Source: Methanobacteriota archaeon (GTDB lineage: Archaea > JAADCQ01 > Methanopyri > Methanopyrales > Methanopyraceae). Taken from it: a stretch of DNA of 64,000 nt. Below are positions 1-9,622 of the stretch, piece by piece. The notes beneath the pieces were generated by a model. It was given only the letters and a program-made list of their open reading frames with translations, was not told where the DNA came from and did not search any database. The DNA is taken from assembly GCA_027064425.1 (NCBI GenBank), contig JAMOPO010000027.1, positions 179,353-243,352 on the forward strand. The letters run 5' to 3'. The position numbers were made by a program, and so were the translations under genes. The first letter of the stretch is position 1; each line of letters starts with the position of its first letter.

Positions 1-1226
1 GGCTCAGCGAGTGCCTTCCCATGATCGCGAGCGAGAACGTCACAAGCCCCGCGGTCCGTGAGATGCTGGTCACGGACTTCGGTCACCGGTACGCGGAGGG
101 GCAGCCCGGGGAGCGGCTGTACGAGGGGTGCGAGTACATCGACGAGGTCGAGCTCAAGTGCGTGGAGCTGGCCAAAGATCTCTTCGGGGCGGAGCACGCG
201 AACGTTCAGCCGGTGTCCGGCGTGGTGGCCAACCTGGCCGCGCTGACGGCCCTGACCGAGCCGGGAGACGTGGTGATGGGACTCCGGATCTCGCACGGCG
301 GACACATCAGCCACCACGAGATCAGCGCGCCGGGCGTTCGCGGGCTCAAGGTCGAGTTCCTGCCCTTCGACGAGGAGGACATGAACGTGGACGTGGACGC
401 GGCGGTGAGGCGGATCGAGGAGGTCGAGCCTCGGGTGGTCATGCTCGGGGCGAGCCTGTTCCTCTTCCCCCACCCCGTGGAGGAGCTCGTAGACGCGGTG
501 GAGGCGGTCGGCGGGTACCTGGTGTACGACGGTGCGCACGTGCTGGGGCTGATCGCGGGCGGGGAGTTCCAGGACCCGATCGAGGAGGGCGCGCACGTGG
601 TGACGGGCAGCACGCACAAGACCCTGCCGGGCCCGCAGGGCGGGATCATCCTCTGCGAGCGCGAGCTGAGTGACGCGATCGACGAGGCCGTGTTCCCCGG
701 ACTGGTTAGCAACCACCATCTACACCACGTGGCGGCCCTCGCGGTCGCGCTGGCCGAGTTCAAGAAGTACGGTCGGAAGTACGCGCGGGCGACGGTGAGG
801 AACGCCCAGGTGCTCGCCGAATCCCTGCACTCCGAGGGCCTGAACGTCCTGTGCGAGCACCTGGGCTTCACGCGATCTCATCAGGTCGCGGTGGACGTGA
901 GCGAGCACGGGGGCGGGGCCGAGGTCGCCCGGCGGCTGGAGGCGGCGAACATCCTGTGCAACAAGAACCTGCTGCCGTGGGACGACGAGTCCGAGGCGGA
1001 TGATCCCAGCGGGATCCGGCTCGGGGTGCAGGAGCTGACGAGGCTGGGCATGGGTCCCTCGGAGATGGAGTACGTGGCGGAGCTGATCGCGGACGTGGTG
1101 CTGAGGCGGCGGAGCGTGGACGAGGTGCGGGAGGACGTGGTCGAGCTCCGTCGGGAGTTCCAGGAGGTTAAGTACGGTTTTGGGGACGGTGTGGGTGCGC
1201 ACGAATGGCCTCGGTTCGCGGACTAG
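1..1226 (+). CDS. glyA: serine hydroxymethyltransferase (5' partial)
   Basis: IASEN, YAEG..G.R.Y.GC, GSTHKT(PLP Lys)LPGPQGG, SGIRLG motifs; the frame stays open upstream of 21 to the window edge (LSECLP-MIASEN). Confidence 0.96.
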   Translation, partial: LSECLPMIASENVTSPAVREMLVTDFGHRYAEGQPGERLYEGCEYIDEVELKCVELAKDLFGAEHANVQPVSGVVANLAALTALTEPGDVVMGLRISHGGHISHHEISAPGVRGLKVEFLPFDEEDMNVDVDAAVRRIEEVEPRVVMLGASLFLFPHPVEELVDAVEAVGGYLVYDGAHVLGLIAGGEFQDPIEEGAHVVTGSTHKTLPGPQGGIILCERELSDAIDEAVFPGLVSNHHLHHVAALAVALAEFKKYGRKYARATVRNAQVLAESLHSEGLNVLCEHLGFTRSHQVAVDVSEHGGGAEVARRLEAANILCNKNLLPWDDESEADDPSGIRLGVQELTRLGMGPSEMEYVAELIADVVLRRRSVDEVREDVVELRREFQEVKYGFGDGVGAHEWPRFAD

Positions 1227-1855
1227 TCGTGATGGACTTCGACGGGACGCTGGTCGACGGTGAGACGATCGACGTGATGGCCGAGCTGGCGGGCGTGGGC
1301 CGGGAGGTCGAGGAGATCACGCGCCGCGCCATGGAGGGGGAGCTCGAGTTCGGGGAGGCGCTGCGCGAGCGGGTGCGGCTGCTCGCGGGCGCCCCCGCCT
1401 CGATCCTGGACGAGGCCGCCTCGCGCCTGAGGCTTAACCCGGGCGTCCGGGAGTTCGTGGCCGCGGTCCGCCGGGCGGGCGCGGCGGTGGCGGTCATCAG
1501 CGGCGGGTTCACGGAGGTGGTGCGCCGATTCGCCCGTGAGCTGGGGCTGGACGCGGTCGTCGCGAACGAGCTGGAGGTCCGCAACGGGGTCCTCACCGGC
1601 CGAGTCTACGGGCCGGTGATGAGCGGGAAGGCGAAGGGTCGGATACTGCTCCAGCTGTGCAGAAGGTTCGGGGTGAGCCCCGAGGAAACGGTGGCGGTGG
1701 GTGACGGTGCCAACGACGCATCAATGTTAAATCGCGTCGGACTCCCGCTGGGCTTCCGGCCCAAGGGGGTCATCCGGGACCTCGTGCGCAGCTCCCTGTC
1801 CGACTTCCGCGAGGCTATCCCGCTGGTAATGCGGTTCTGGGGCGTCCGTGCCTGA
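1205..1855 (+). CDS. serB: phosphoserine phosphatase (HAD)
   Basis: DFDGTL, ISGGF, GKAK, VGDGAND motifs; next to glyA. Confidence 0.93.
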   Translation: MASVRGLVVMDFDGTLVDGETIDVMAELAGVGREVEEITRRAMEGELEFGEALRERVRLLAGAPASILDEAASRLRLNPGVREFVAAVRRAGAAVAVISGGFTEVVRRFARELGLDAVVANELEVRNGVLTGRVYGPVMSGKAKGRILLQLCRRFGVSPEETVAVGDGANDASMLNRVGLPLGFRPKGVIRDLVRSSLSDFREAIPLVMRFWGVRA

Positions 1856-2805
1856 TGGTTTTCTCCGAAAAAAAGCTGCAGGAGCTCAAGCGTCTCGAGA
1901 AGGAACTGTCCGAGGTGCGGCGCGAGATCGACGAGTTGGAGGAGGAGCGGGACCGGGTGGAGCGCGAGATCGAGGAGCTTGAGCGGAAGATCGACAGGCT
2001 GAGGGAGAAGGCCGAGCGCTACCGCGAGAAGCGGGACCGACTGAACGAGCGGGTGCGCGAGCTGCGCGAGCTGGCGGAGGAGCATCGCGAGCGCCGGGAC
2101 GAGCTCAACGAGGAGGTTCAAACGTACAAGAAAAAGCGCGATAGGCTGAACGAGGAGGCCACCCAGATCGCTCGGAAGGCGAAGGAGCACGTGGAGAAGG
2201 CGAAGGCTCTCCGGGCCAAGGTTGAGCGTCCCATCGGGGAGATCCGCCGCGAGATCGAGCGGCTGGAGCGCGAGATCGAGACCCGCTCCCTCTCCCCCGA
2301 GCGCGAGGAGCGGATCGCGGAGCGGCTTGAGAAGCTCCGAGAGCAGCTCGAGTACTGGAAGCGCGCCGAGAAGCATTCCCGGGAGGCGGACCGCCTCTTC
2401 TCCCGCGCGGACGAGCTGCGGGAGCAGGCGAACAAGTACCACGAGCTGGTGCTGAAGACCGCGGAGAAGGCGAACAAGCACCACGAGAAGATGCTGGAGT
2501 ACTACGAGCAGGCGGACAAGATCAGGGAGAAGGCGGATGGGTATCACCGGAAGTACGAGGAGCTACGGTTCAAGATCCGCAGTCTGCAGGACAGGGTCCG
2601 CAAGCTTCGGTCCAAGGCCGAGGAGCTCGAGCAGAAGATCATGGAGAAGCGGGCGGAGGAGAAGGCGCTGGAGGTTCGTATTAGGGACCTGGAGAAGGCG
2701 GCCGTCGATCGGGAGAAGATCGAGGAGATCAAGGAGAAGCTGGAGCGCGGGGAGAAGGTCAGCTGGGAGGAGCTTCAGCTGCTGCAGCAGTACGGCGAGA
2801 TGTAG
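1855..2805 (+). CDS. archaeal coiled-coil protein (COG1340-like)
   Basis: Long E/K/R heptad coiled coil ending in KLERGEKVSWEEL, as in the serB-adjacent archaeal family. Confidence 0.8.
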   Translation: MVFSEKKLQELKRLEKELSEVRREIDELEEERDRVEREIEELERKIDRLREKAERYREKRDRLNERVRELRELAEEHRERRDELNEEVQTYKKKRDRLNEEATQIARKAKEHVEKAKALRAKVERPIGEIRREIERLEREIETRSLSPEREERIAERLEKLREQLEYWKRAEKHSREADRLFSRADELREQANKYHELVLKTAEKANKHHEKMLEYYEQADKIREKADGYHRKYEELRFKIRSLQDRVRKLRSKAEELEQKIMEKRAEEKALEVRIRDLEKAAVDREKIEEIKEKLERGEKVSWEELQLLQQYGEM

Positions 2806-2817
2806 AGGTGTCCGGGC

Positions 2818-3309
2818 ATGCGGGTCCCGCTCCTCGAGGTCATCTTACACACGGACGGCTCCGTCACCCGCATCCTGCGTCGCTTCTTCGAGCGCGTGGA
2901 GATCCGACCCCTCGAGACCAAGAAGGTGCACGTGCGCGGTCGGGAGGCCGAGCTACTGGGCCTGCCGGACGGGGACGTGGCCTACCTGAGGCGCGTCGTG
3001 ATCGAACTCGACGGTCGACCGGGCATCCTGGCCACGTCCTACGCCCGCCCGGACAACCTTCCCGGGCGCATGAGGCGGCTGGTCCTCCAGTCTCGTAAGC
3101 CTCTCGGCGCGATGATCGAGGAGCTGGAGCTCGAGACCCGGCGGGAGATCGTGAGAGTGGGCACGACCAGGCTGTCGGGTGAGGAGCGCCGACTGCTCGA
3201 GACCGAGGCCCGGGAGGTTCCCTGGCGGGAGTACGTGGTTTACCACAACAGGACGCCGATGCTGCTGATTCGAGAGAAGTTCAGCGCGGAGGTGTTTCGG
3301 AGGGATTAG
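2818..3309 (+). CDS. chorismate pyruvate-lyase-like (DUF98) protein
   Basis: ILHTDGSVTRIL, R.V.I, PLG..I...ETRRE motifs. Confidence 0.8.
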   Translation: MRVPLLEVILHTDGSVTRILRRFFERVEIRPLETKKVHVRGREAELLGLPDGDVAYLRRVVIELDGRPGILATSYARPDNLPGRMRRLVLQSRKPLGAMIEELELETRREIVRVGTTRLSGEERRLLETEAREVPWREYVVYHNRTPMLLIREKFSAEVFRRD

Positions 3310-3310
3310 G

Positions 3311-4162
3311 GTGGTTCAGAGGACGCTGGACGAGGTGCTGGAGGGGCGCCACGAGCTCAGCGCCGAGAGGATCCTGGTCGCCTCCGACGTGCACGTGGGT
3401 GACCGGTACCAGGGTCACGAGCCCGAGCTTCTGGAGCTGGCCCTGGAGCTCGCCCGGGATCAGGACCTCGTGGTCCTCGACGGGGACCTGGCGGACCCCA
3501 GGGCCGGGGATGAGGAGGTGAAGGGGTTCGTCGAGGAGCTCCGAGACCTGGCCTCGGAGGTCGAGGTGGTGGTCGTCCCCGGGAACCACGACACGGTCCG
3601 GCTGGTGAGACGGCTCGAGCGGGCTGGGGTCACCGTGCTGGCCCGGAAGTACGAGGAGCGTCGGGGCCGCGGTTGTCCGCCGGGGCACGAGGGCCCCTCG
3701 CTCGGTGGCCCGAAGCGGCTGGAGGTGGAGGGTCTGAAGTTCCTGATCGCGCACGGGCACGAGCCGTGCGGGGAGCTGGGGCTGGAGCCGCAGGAGCCGG
3801 GGAATCCGGTCGCCGAGGAGTCCCCGATGCCGAAGCGCGACCAGCTGCTGGACAACTACACGTGCCGGGAGCACGAGATGCCGGCCCGGCTGGAGGAGAT
3901 CGCCCGGGCGAGCGACGCGGACGTCGTGATCACGGGCCACACGCACTGCAGGTTCCTGGGCAGCTTCGGCTCGACGCTGGTCGTCAACGTTGGAACCACG
4001 GCGTGCCCGGCCACGTGCGCCACGTGTCGGGACCCTCTTAACGTCGGTAACGTGTGCCTGATCCGGCTGTCCGGGTCGAGGGTCCGAGCCAAGCTGTTCA
4101 ACCTCCGGGAGGCGCGGGTGGTGGAACGTGAGCGTGTCCGTGTCGATCGACGCGGAGACTAA
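3311..4162 (+). CDS. calcineurin-like metallophosphoesterase with Cys-rich inserts
   Basis: SDVH, GD, GNHD, HGH, GHTH motifs. Confidence 0.85.
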   Translation: MVQRTLDEVLEGRHELSAERILVASDVHVGDRYQGHEPELLELALELARDQDLVVLDGDLADPRAGDEEVKGFVEELRDLASEVEVVVVPGNHDTVRLVRRLERAGVTVLARKYEERRGRGCPPGHEGPSLGGPKRLEVEGLKFLIAHGHEPCGELGLEPQEPGNPVAEESPMPKRDQLLDNYTCREHEMPARLEEIARASDADVVITGHTHCRFLGSFGSTLVVNVGTTACPATCATCRDPLNVGNVCLIRLSGSRVRAKLFNLREARVVERERVRVDRRGD

Positions 4163-4997
4163 GCTCGTGGGCCTCATCGGTCACCCGGTGGAGCACTCCC
4201 TGTCGCCGCCCATGCACAACGCGGCGTTCCGGGAGCTGGGGCTGAACTACGTCTACGTGGCGTTCGACGTGCCGGAGGAGGAGCTGGAGGACGCCATCCG
4301 GGGCGCGTTGGGGCTCGGGATCGTCGGGCTGAACGTGACCATCCCTCACAAGGAGCGGGCGCTGGAGCTCTGCGACACCGTCGATAAGGACGCAGAGCTG
4401 ATCGGTGCGGTGAACACGCTGCGGTTCAGGAAGGGCGAGGTCGAGGGGTACAACACGGACGGTGAGGGGTTCCTGCGGGCGCTGAGGGAGGAGGTCGACT
4501 TCGATCCCAAGGGCGTGAAGGCGGTGATCCTGGGCGCCGGTGGGGCGGCGCGGGCGGTCACGTTCAAGCTGGCCACGGAGGGTGCGGACGAGCTGGTGAT
4601 CGCGAACCGGACGTACGAGCGCGGGGAGCGGCTGGCGAGGGAGCTGGAGGAGAAGACGGGCGTGAGAGCCCGGGCGGTGGAGCTCGACCGGGAGGTGCTG
4701 CGGGAGGAGCTCCGGGACGCGGAGCTGCTCGTGGACGCTACCCCGGTGGGCATGCACCCCAACGAGGACGAGCCGCCGCTGGTCACGGCCCGGGAGATGC
4801 ACGAGGACCTCATCGTGAACGACCTGGTGTACAACCCACCGAAGACCCGGCTGCTCGAGGAGGCGGAGCGGGCGGGGGCGACCCCGGTCGACGGCGTGGG
4901 GATGCTCGTGCACCAGGGTGCGCTGGCCTTCGAGCTCTGGACGGGTGAGAAGGCGCCGGTGGACGTCATGCGTGAGGCTGTGCTGGAACACCTCTGA
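4128..4997 (+). CDS. aroE: shikimate dehydrogenase
   Basis: HSLSPPMHN, NVTIPHK, GAVNT, NTD, GAGGAARA, DLVYNP, GMLVHQG. Confidence 0.96.
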   Translation: MSVSVSIDAETKLVGLIGHPVEHSLSPPMHNAAFRELGLNYVYVAFDVPEEELEDAIRGALGLGIVGLNVTIPHKERALELCDTVDKDAELIGAVNTLRFRKGEVEGYNTDGEGFLRALREEVDFDPKGVKAVILGAGGAARAVTFKLATEGADELVIANRTYERGERLARELEEKTGVRARAVELDREVLREELRDAELLVDATPVGMHPNEDEPPLVTAREMHEDLIVNDLVYNPPKTRLLEEAERAGATPVDGVGMLVHQGALAFELWTGEKAPVDVMREAVLEHL

Positions 4998-5051
4998 GGA
5001 ATCGTTGCGGATTTAAGGTGAGCAGGCCGGCGTCCGCCGGGGGTGCCGGGG

Positions 5052-5942
5052 ATGAAGATCAACGGGGTCGAGATCGAGGACACGTTCGCCGAGGCGTTCG
5101 AGGCCAAGATGGCTCGAATTCTGATCACCGCCGCGACCCACCGGTGGGCCAAGATCACGGCGCGGGAGACCGTGGGCTTCGGAACCTCCGTGATCATGTG
5201 CCCGGCGGAGGCGGGCGTCGACGTGGGGTACGTGAGGCCCGAAGAGACCCCGGACGGGCGCCCCGGAGTCATCGTGATGATCGGCCACAACGATGAGGAC
5301 GAGCTGAAGGAGCAGCTGCTGGACCGGATCGGTCAGTGCGTCATGACCGCCCCGACCGCGTCCGCCTTCGACGCGATGCCGGAGGACGAGAAGGAGGACG
5401 AGGATCGGGTAGGTTACAAGCTGAGCTTCTTCGGGGACGGTCACCAGGAGGAGGACGAGGTGGACGGTCGGAAGGTCTGGAGGGTGCCCATCGTGGAGGG
5501 TGAGTTCATCGTCGAGGACACGTTCGGCATCACGACGGGCGTCGCCGGCGGGAACTTCTACATCATGGCGGAGAGCCAGGCGGCCGGCCTGCAGGCGGCC
5601 GAGGCGGCCGTCGACGCGATCAAGCGCGTAGAGGGCGTGTACACGCCCTTCCCGGGCGGGATCGTAGCGTCCGCGTCCAAACCGGGGGCCAAGGAGTACG
5701 ACTTCCTGCCGGCGTCCACGAACGACGCCTACTGCCCAACGGTGGAGGACAACGAGCTGCCGGAGGGCGTCAAGTGCGTGTACGAGATAGTCATCAACGG
5801 GCTCAACGAGGAGGCCGTGAAGGAGGCGATGCGGGTGGGCATCGAGGCCGCCTGCCAGCAGCCGGGCGTCGTGAAGATCAGCGCCGGTAACTTCGGCGGG
5901 GAGCTGGGGCAGTACGAGCTACACCTGCACGACCTGTTCTAG
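5052..5942 (+). CDS. ftr: formylmethanofuran:tetrahydromethanopterin formyltransferase
   Basis: MKINGVEIEDTFAEAF, GFGTSVIMCPAEAG, TPDGRPG, RIGQCVMTAPT, ISAGNFGG; ATG at 5052 after GGGGTG. Confidence 0.97.
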   Translation: MKINGVEIEDTFAEAFEAKMARILITAATHRWAKITARETVGFGTSVIMCPAEAGVDVGYVRPEETPDGRPGVIVMIGHNDEDELKEQLLDRIGQCVMTAPTASAFDAMPEDEKEDEDRVGYKLSFFGDGHQEEDEVDGRKVWRVPIVEGEFIVEDTFGITTGVAGGNFYIMAESQAAGLQAAEAAVDAIKRVEGVYTPFPGGIVASASKPGAKEYDFLPASTNDAYCPTVEDNELPEGVKCVYEIVINGLNEEAVKEAMRVGIEAACQQPGVVKISAGNFGGELGQYELHLHDLF

Positions 5943-6002
5943 GGTCAGCGAGGGTGACAGTCATCACCGGCAGGCCTCGGCACGGGCCTCTCTCTTCATC
6001 CC
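5942..6002 (-). ncRNA. C/D box sRNA
   Basis: Minus strand reads ATGAAGA(C)-gagaggcccgtg-CCGA(D')-GTGATGA(C')-ctgtcaccctcg-CTGA(D); 12-nt guides; the C box overlaps the ycaO stop. Confidence 0.8.
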
Positions 6003-7126
6003 ACCGCATCCACCCTCGGTGGTTCCTCAGGTATATTACCCACCCGGCGCTCGTCCACCGCCAGCTCCGCGGCCCCGGTCACGCGCACCCGAACCACCGG
6101 GACCCCCAGGTCATCCCGCGTCAGGTCGGCCGCGATCACCCGACCCAAACCGCTCTCCCGGACCCGGTCCACCAGCTCCTTGAGGAGTTTATCCAGCGAG
6201 CGCGTCGCGAGCTCGTTCTCCAGGTCGTCCAGCTCGACCTCACCCCCGCTCCGGAACCAGTGGCGGTTGATCCGCTTCAGCCGCTTCGGGGTCAGCTTAC
6301 CACCCATCGGGCCAACGCGCCGCGCGCCCTCAAACCCCTCCCGGGCCATGAACACCCCCTGCGCCACCTCAAGCAGGGCTCGCAGCGCCGCCATCTCCGG
6401 GTTCGGGCTGCACCCGAACCCGAGCACCATTTCTCGAACGGAGGGGGCCTCCGCCACCGCACCCACCGCGTAAACTCCCGGGACGCGGGACGGCAGCAAC
6501 CGCAGGTGGATCTCGCCGCCCACGTCCTCACCGATCGCCAGTCGGAGCCGCTCCAACCGGCCGTGCAATCGCAGCTCGGGCGCGGGCTCCCGGTGGTACT
6601 CGAACACGCTCCAGGCGTCCCGCTCCAGGACCTCCAGCAGCCCCTGAACGATCGCCTCCTCCCGCGTGCGGCCCGCGGCCAGCCCGTTCGTGTGCGAGGG
6701 CAGCTCATCCTCGGGCCAGGGATGCAGCACCTCGTTCGCCGGGATGTGCACCGTGCCCCCTTCCGTTAGGTCCTCCGCAGGCATCCAACCGCGCGGCTCG
6801 GTCCGGTACCACGGGGGAACCCAGACGTTTCCGGGCCCGGGGTCACGCAGGGCGTCGTGATGGTCGGGCTCCGCGGAGGCTCTCTCCACGGACTCCATGA
6901 TCCCGGAGACGGCCGACTGTTCCTCCGTCGTGCCCTTCCCAGCGTGCACCTGCCGGCCGGCGGAGGCGGGGCGGAGGTAGACCCGAACCGGCACTCCTCC
7001 CACCTCACCGCTCGCCGCCCGTTTCAGACCGAGCCGGTCGGGGATGGAGCGCTCCCGCAGCCATTCCAGCGTGGCCGCGGGCTCCTTGGTCCGGAACCCC
7101 TCCACCTCGTAGACTATTTCTCCCAT
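5996..7126 (-). CDS. ycaO: YcaO family thioamide synthase (methanogenesis marker 1)
   Basis: HAGKG, SGIMESVER, HTNGLAAG, GLLEVLERDA, GFG...ALRALLEVAQ, VPVVRV. Confidence 0.92.
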   Translation of the reverse strand: MGEIVYEVEGFRTKEPAATLEWLRERSIPDRLGLKRAASGEVGGVPVRVYLRPASAGRQVHAGKGTTEEQSAVSGIMESVERASAEPDHHDALRDPGPGNVWVPPWYRTEPRGWMPAEDLTEGGTVHIPANEVLHPWPEDELPSHTNGLAAGRTREEAIVQGLLEVLERDAWSVFEYHREPAPELRLHGRLERLRLAIGEDVGGEIHLRLLPSRVPGVYAVGAVAEAPSVREMVLGFGCSPNPEMAALRALLEVAQGVFMAREGFEGARRVGPMGGKLTPKRLKRINRHWFRSGGEVELDDLENELATRSLDKLLKELVDRVRESGLGRVIAADLTRDDLGVPVVRVRVTGAAELAVDERRVGNIPEEPPRVDAVG

Positions 7127-7145
7127 CCCTCGTCACCCCCCGGGG

Positions 7146-8081
7146 ATGCGCATGCCGGACCGGGTGCTGGTATACGAGTACGCGGTGGCGGAGGGCGTGC
7201 GCGACCTGGTGGGCGAGGGAAAGGCGATGTTGGAGGCGCTACTGCTGGCGCTCCGGGAGGCAGGCGTCGAGACGGTCGCGGTCGCCGGCGAGGACGTGGG
7301 CGTGCGCTGGGCCGATCTAGTGGTGCGCCGGGAGTCGGAGGCGCTGGAGCTCGCGGACGCGGCGGTGGTGATAGCACCAGAGTCGGGCGGGGTGCTCCGA
7401 GATAAAATAAGGGACTTTAAACGCCGGCTCCGCGTGCTCGGTCCCTCTCCGGAGGCCGTGGAGGTGGCGGGGGACAAGCTCCAGACCCTGGAGGCGTTGG
7501 AGGGGGCCTCGTCGTTCCGGGTCCCCGCGCGGGGCGGCGAGGTCACCGTGGGGAAGCCCGCGGACGGGGTGGGCGCTGAGGGCGTGCGCGTCGGTGAAGG
7601 GGAGCTGGAGGTGGAGTTCGTACCGGGGTCGCACCACAGCCTCCTCTGCGTGACCGACGGGGAGTCGGTCGAGGTCGTGGGGGTCAACGACCAGTTCATC
7701 GCCCTCGCCGGAGAGGAGTTTGTGTACCTGGGGGGTAGGACGCCTTCGAGGTCGAGGAAGGTGCGAGAGGTTGCCCTGGACGTGGCCGAGGAGGTGGTGG
7801 AGCGCATCAGCGGCCTGTCGGGCATGTTCGGGGTTGACCTCGTCCTGAGCGGGGACGTGCCTTACGTCATCGAGGTGAACCCTCGGCCGACGACCCCCGT
7901 GGTCGGCGCCGCCATGGAGGATCCGGAGAGGCTGGCGGAGGCGCTGCTGGAGGGCCCGTCCCACGGGACCTGGTCTTACTCGAACGAGTACGTGTTCGTG
8001 AAAGTAGGTGCGGAGGCTCTGGTGCCGAACGGGTTCAGTAGGGTGGAAAGGCTGGGTGACATTCTAGTCTACCGGGGGTAG
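7146..8081 (+). CDS. mfnD: ATP-grasp ligase, probable tyramine-L-glutamate ligase (methanofuran synthesis)
   Basis: VYEYAVA, EGKAML, IAPE, DK, KP.DG.G, GVD, IEVNPRPTT; paired with an mfnF-like gene. Confidence 0.78.
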   Translation: MRMPDRVLVYEYAVAEGVRDLVGEGKAMLEALLLALREAGVETVAVAGEDVGVRWADLVVRRESEALELADAAVVIAPESGGVLRDKIRDFKRRLRVLGPSPEAVEVAGDKLQTLEALEGASSFRVPARGGEVTVGKPADGVGAEGVRVGEGELEVEFVPGSHHSLLCVTDGESVEVVGVNDQFIALAGEEFVYLGGRTPSRSRKVREVALDVAEEVVERISGLSGMFGVDLVLSGDVPYVIEVNPRPTTPVVGAAMEDPERLAEALLEGPSHGTWSYSNEYVFVKVGAEALVPNGFSRVERLGDILVYRG

Positions 8082-8092
8082 GCGTCCTGCGC

Positions 8093-9097
8093 GTGCTCGG
8101 GCTGGACGTCGGTGGTGCTCACACCGACGTGGCGCTGGTGAGGGTGGAGGGGAGCGAGCTGGAGGTGGTGATGACCAAGCGGAAGTACATCCCGCTGTGG
8201 AAGCGTCGGGGCAGGAGGCGCCTGCAGCGGTTCGTGAGGCGTGTGCTCTTCCGGTCCCGCCCGGAGCTTGTCGGGCTCACGATGTCCGGAGAGCTGGCGG
8301 ACGCCTTTGAGACGCGGCGGGAGGGCGTGGAGTACATCGTGAGGACCGTGACGTCCGCCTCCCGCGCGCCGGTGCGCGTGGTGACGGCGTCGGGGGACAC
8401 GATCGAGCCTGGGGAGTGCTCGGAGGCCTGGCGGGAGGTGGCCTCGGCCAACTGGCGGGCCACGGCGGAGCTGCTGGCCGAGCTGTACCCGGGCTCCTAT
8501 CTGTTCTCGGACCTGGGTTCGACCACGCTTGACCTGATCCCGATCGTGGACGGGGAGGTGCGGGCCAAGGGCCGGACGGACCTGGAGCGGTTGAAGTCGG
8601 GCGAGCTCGTGTACCTCGGGGCCCTGCGGACGCCGATCGGGTTCCTGCTGAGGGAGGTCGAGATCAACGGGACCCTGGTGCCGGTGTCCTACGAGAACTT
8701 CTCGATCATCGCGGACGCGCTGGTGCTGCTGGAGCAGATCTCCGAGGAGGACTACACGCCGGAGACTCCGGACGGTCGGGGTAAGTCGCCCGAGGACTGC
8801 GCCCGGAGGCTGGCGCGGGTCGTCTGCTCGGACCCGGAGGAGCTGGGGTGGGAGGGCGTGCTGGAGGTGGCCCGGGCGGCCTACAGGGTGCTGATGGGGA
8901 GGCTGCTCAAGCACCTCAAGCTCAAGCTCCGGGAGTACGATCTGAAGAAGGTCGTGGCGGCGGGGGCCGGGGAGTTCCTGCTGGAGTCGGCCTGCGACCG
9001 GCTGGGCGTGGAGTTCGAGTCCTTCGACGACGTGTTCGGGAGCGGATCCGAGGTGGCACCGGCCGTGGGGGCCGCGTACCTGGCCTACCGATCCTGA
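8093..9097 (+). CDS. mfnF: hydantoinase-A-like H4MPT/methanofuran-linked protein (MfnF)
   Basis: GLDVGGAHT, TMSGELADAF..RREGV, ASANW.A, DLGSTT.D.IPI, ELVYLGALRTP. Confidence 0.8.
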   Translation: MLGLDVGGAHTDVALVRVEGSELEVVMTKRKYIPLWKRRGRRRLQRFVRRVLFRSRPELVGLTMSGELADAFETRREGVEYIVRTVTSASRAPVRVVTASGDTIEPGECSEAWREVASANWRATAELLAELYPGSYLFSDLGSTTLDLIPIVDGEVRAKGRTDLERLKSGELVYLGALRTPIGFLLREVEINGTLVPVSYENFSIIADALVLLEQISEEDYTPETPDGRGKSPEDCARRLARVVCSDPEELGWEGVLEVARAAYRVLMGRLLKHLKLKLREYDLKKVVAAGAGEFLLESACDRLGVEFESFDDVFGSGSEVAPAVGAAYLAYRS

Positions 9098-9594
9098 CCC
9101 GGGCTCCAGGTGGGGAGCTCCTTCCGCGCGAGCTTCAGGTACCGCCGGGCGTTGTCCCGGATCTCCTCCAACCGGTCCTCGTCGACCTCGCCGATCTTCT
9201 TGGCGGGGACGCCGGCCCAGATCTCGCGCGGGCCCACCTCGGTCCCCTCGGTGACGACGGCACCGGCGCCCACGATGGAGCCCTCCCGGACGACCGCGCC
9301 GTTCATTACCGTGGCGTTCATGCCGATGAGGCAGTCGTCCTCGATCCGGGCCCCGTGGATGACGGCCCCGTGCCCGATGCTCACCCGGCGCCCGATCTCC
9401 ACCGGGTGCCCTCGCGAGACGTGGATCACGACGTTGTCCTGCACGTTCGACTCGTCCCCGATCGTCACGGGCTCGAGGTCCCCGCGCACGACCGCGCCCG
9501 GCCAGACGCTGACATCGCGCCCCAGCTCGACCTCACCGAGGATCGTGGCGGTGGGGTGCACGTAGGCGCGCCCCACGATCTTAACGCCCCTCAA
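9085..9594 (-). CDS. gamma-carbonic anhydrase family (hexapeptide repeat)
   Basis: RGD, SNVQDN..IH, IGHGAVIHGA, LIGM, AGVPAK. Confidence 0.9.
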   Translation of the reverse strand: MRGVKIVGRAYVHPTATILGEVELGRDVSVWPGAVVRGDLEPVTIGDESNVQDNVVIHVSRGHPVEIGRRVSIGHGAVIHGARIEDDCLIGMNATVMNGAVVREGSIVGAGAVVTEGTEVGPREIWAGVPAKKIGEVDEDRLEEIRDNARRYLKLARKELPTWSPGQDR

Positions 9595-9622
9595 TCACGG
9601 TCCCCCACAGGGTGCGTGCGCC

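Noticed and set aside
1855-2805. SMC/Rad50-like ATPase or DNA repeat
   Set aside because: Coiled coil only with no Walker motifs; the repetitiveness is amino-acid compositional.
4999-5022. AATCGTTG upstream of ftr (also TATCGTTG at about 22318) as extra palindrome copies
   Set aside because: Only one arm is present; no TAACG at 9-nt spacing. The ftr site is more simply a TTTAA promoter region.
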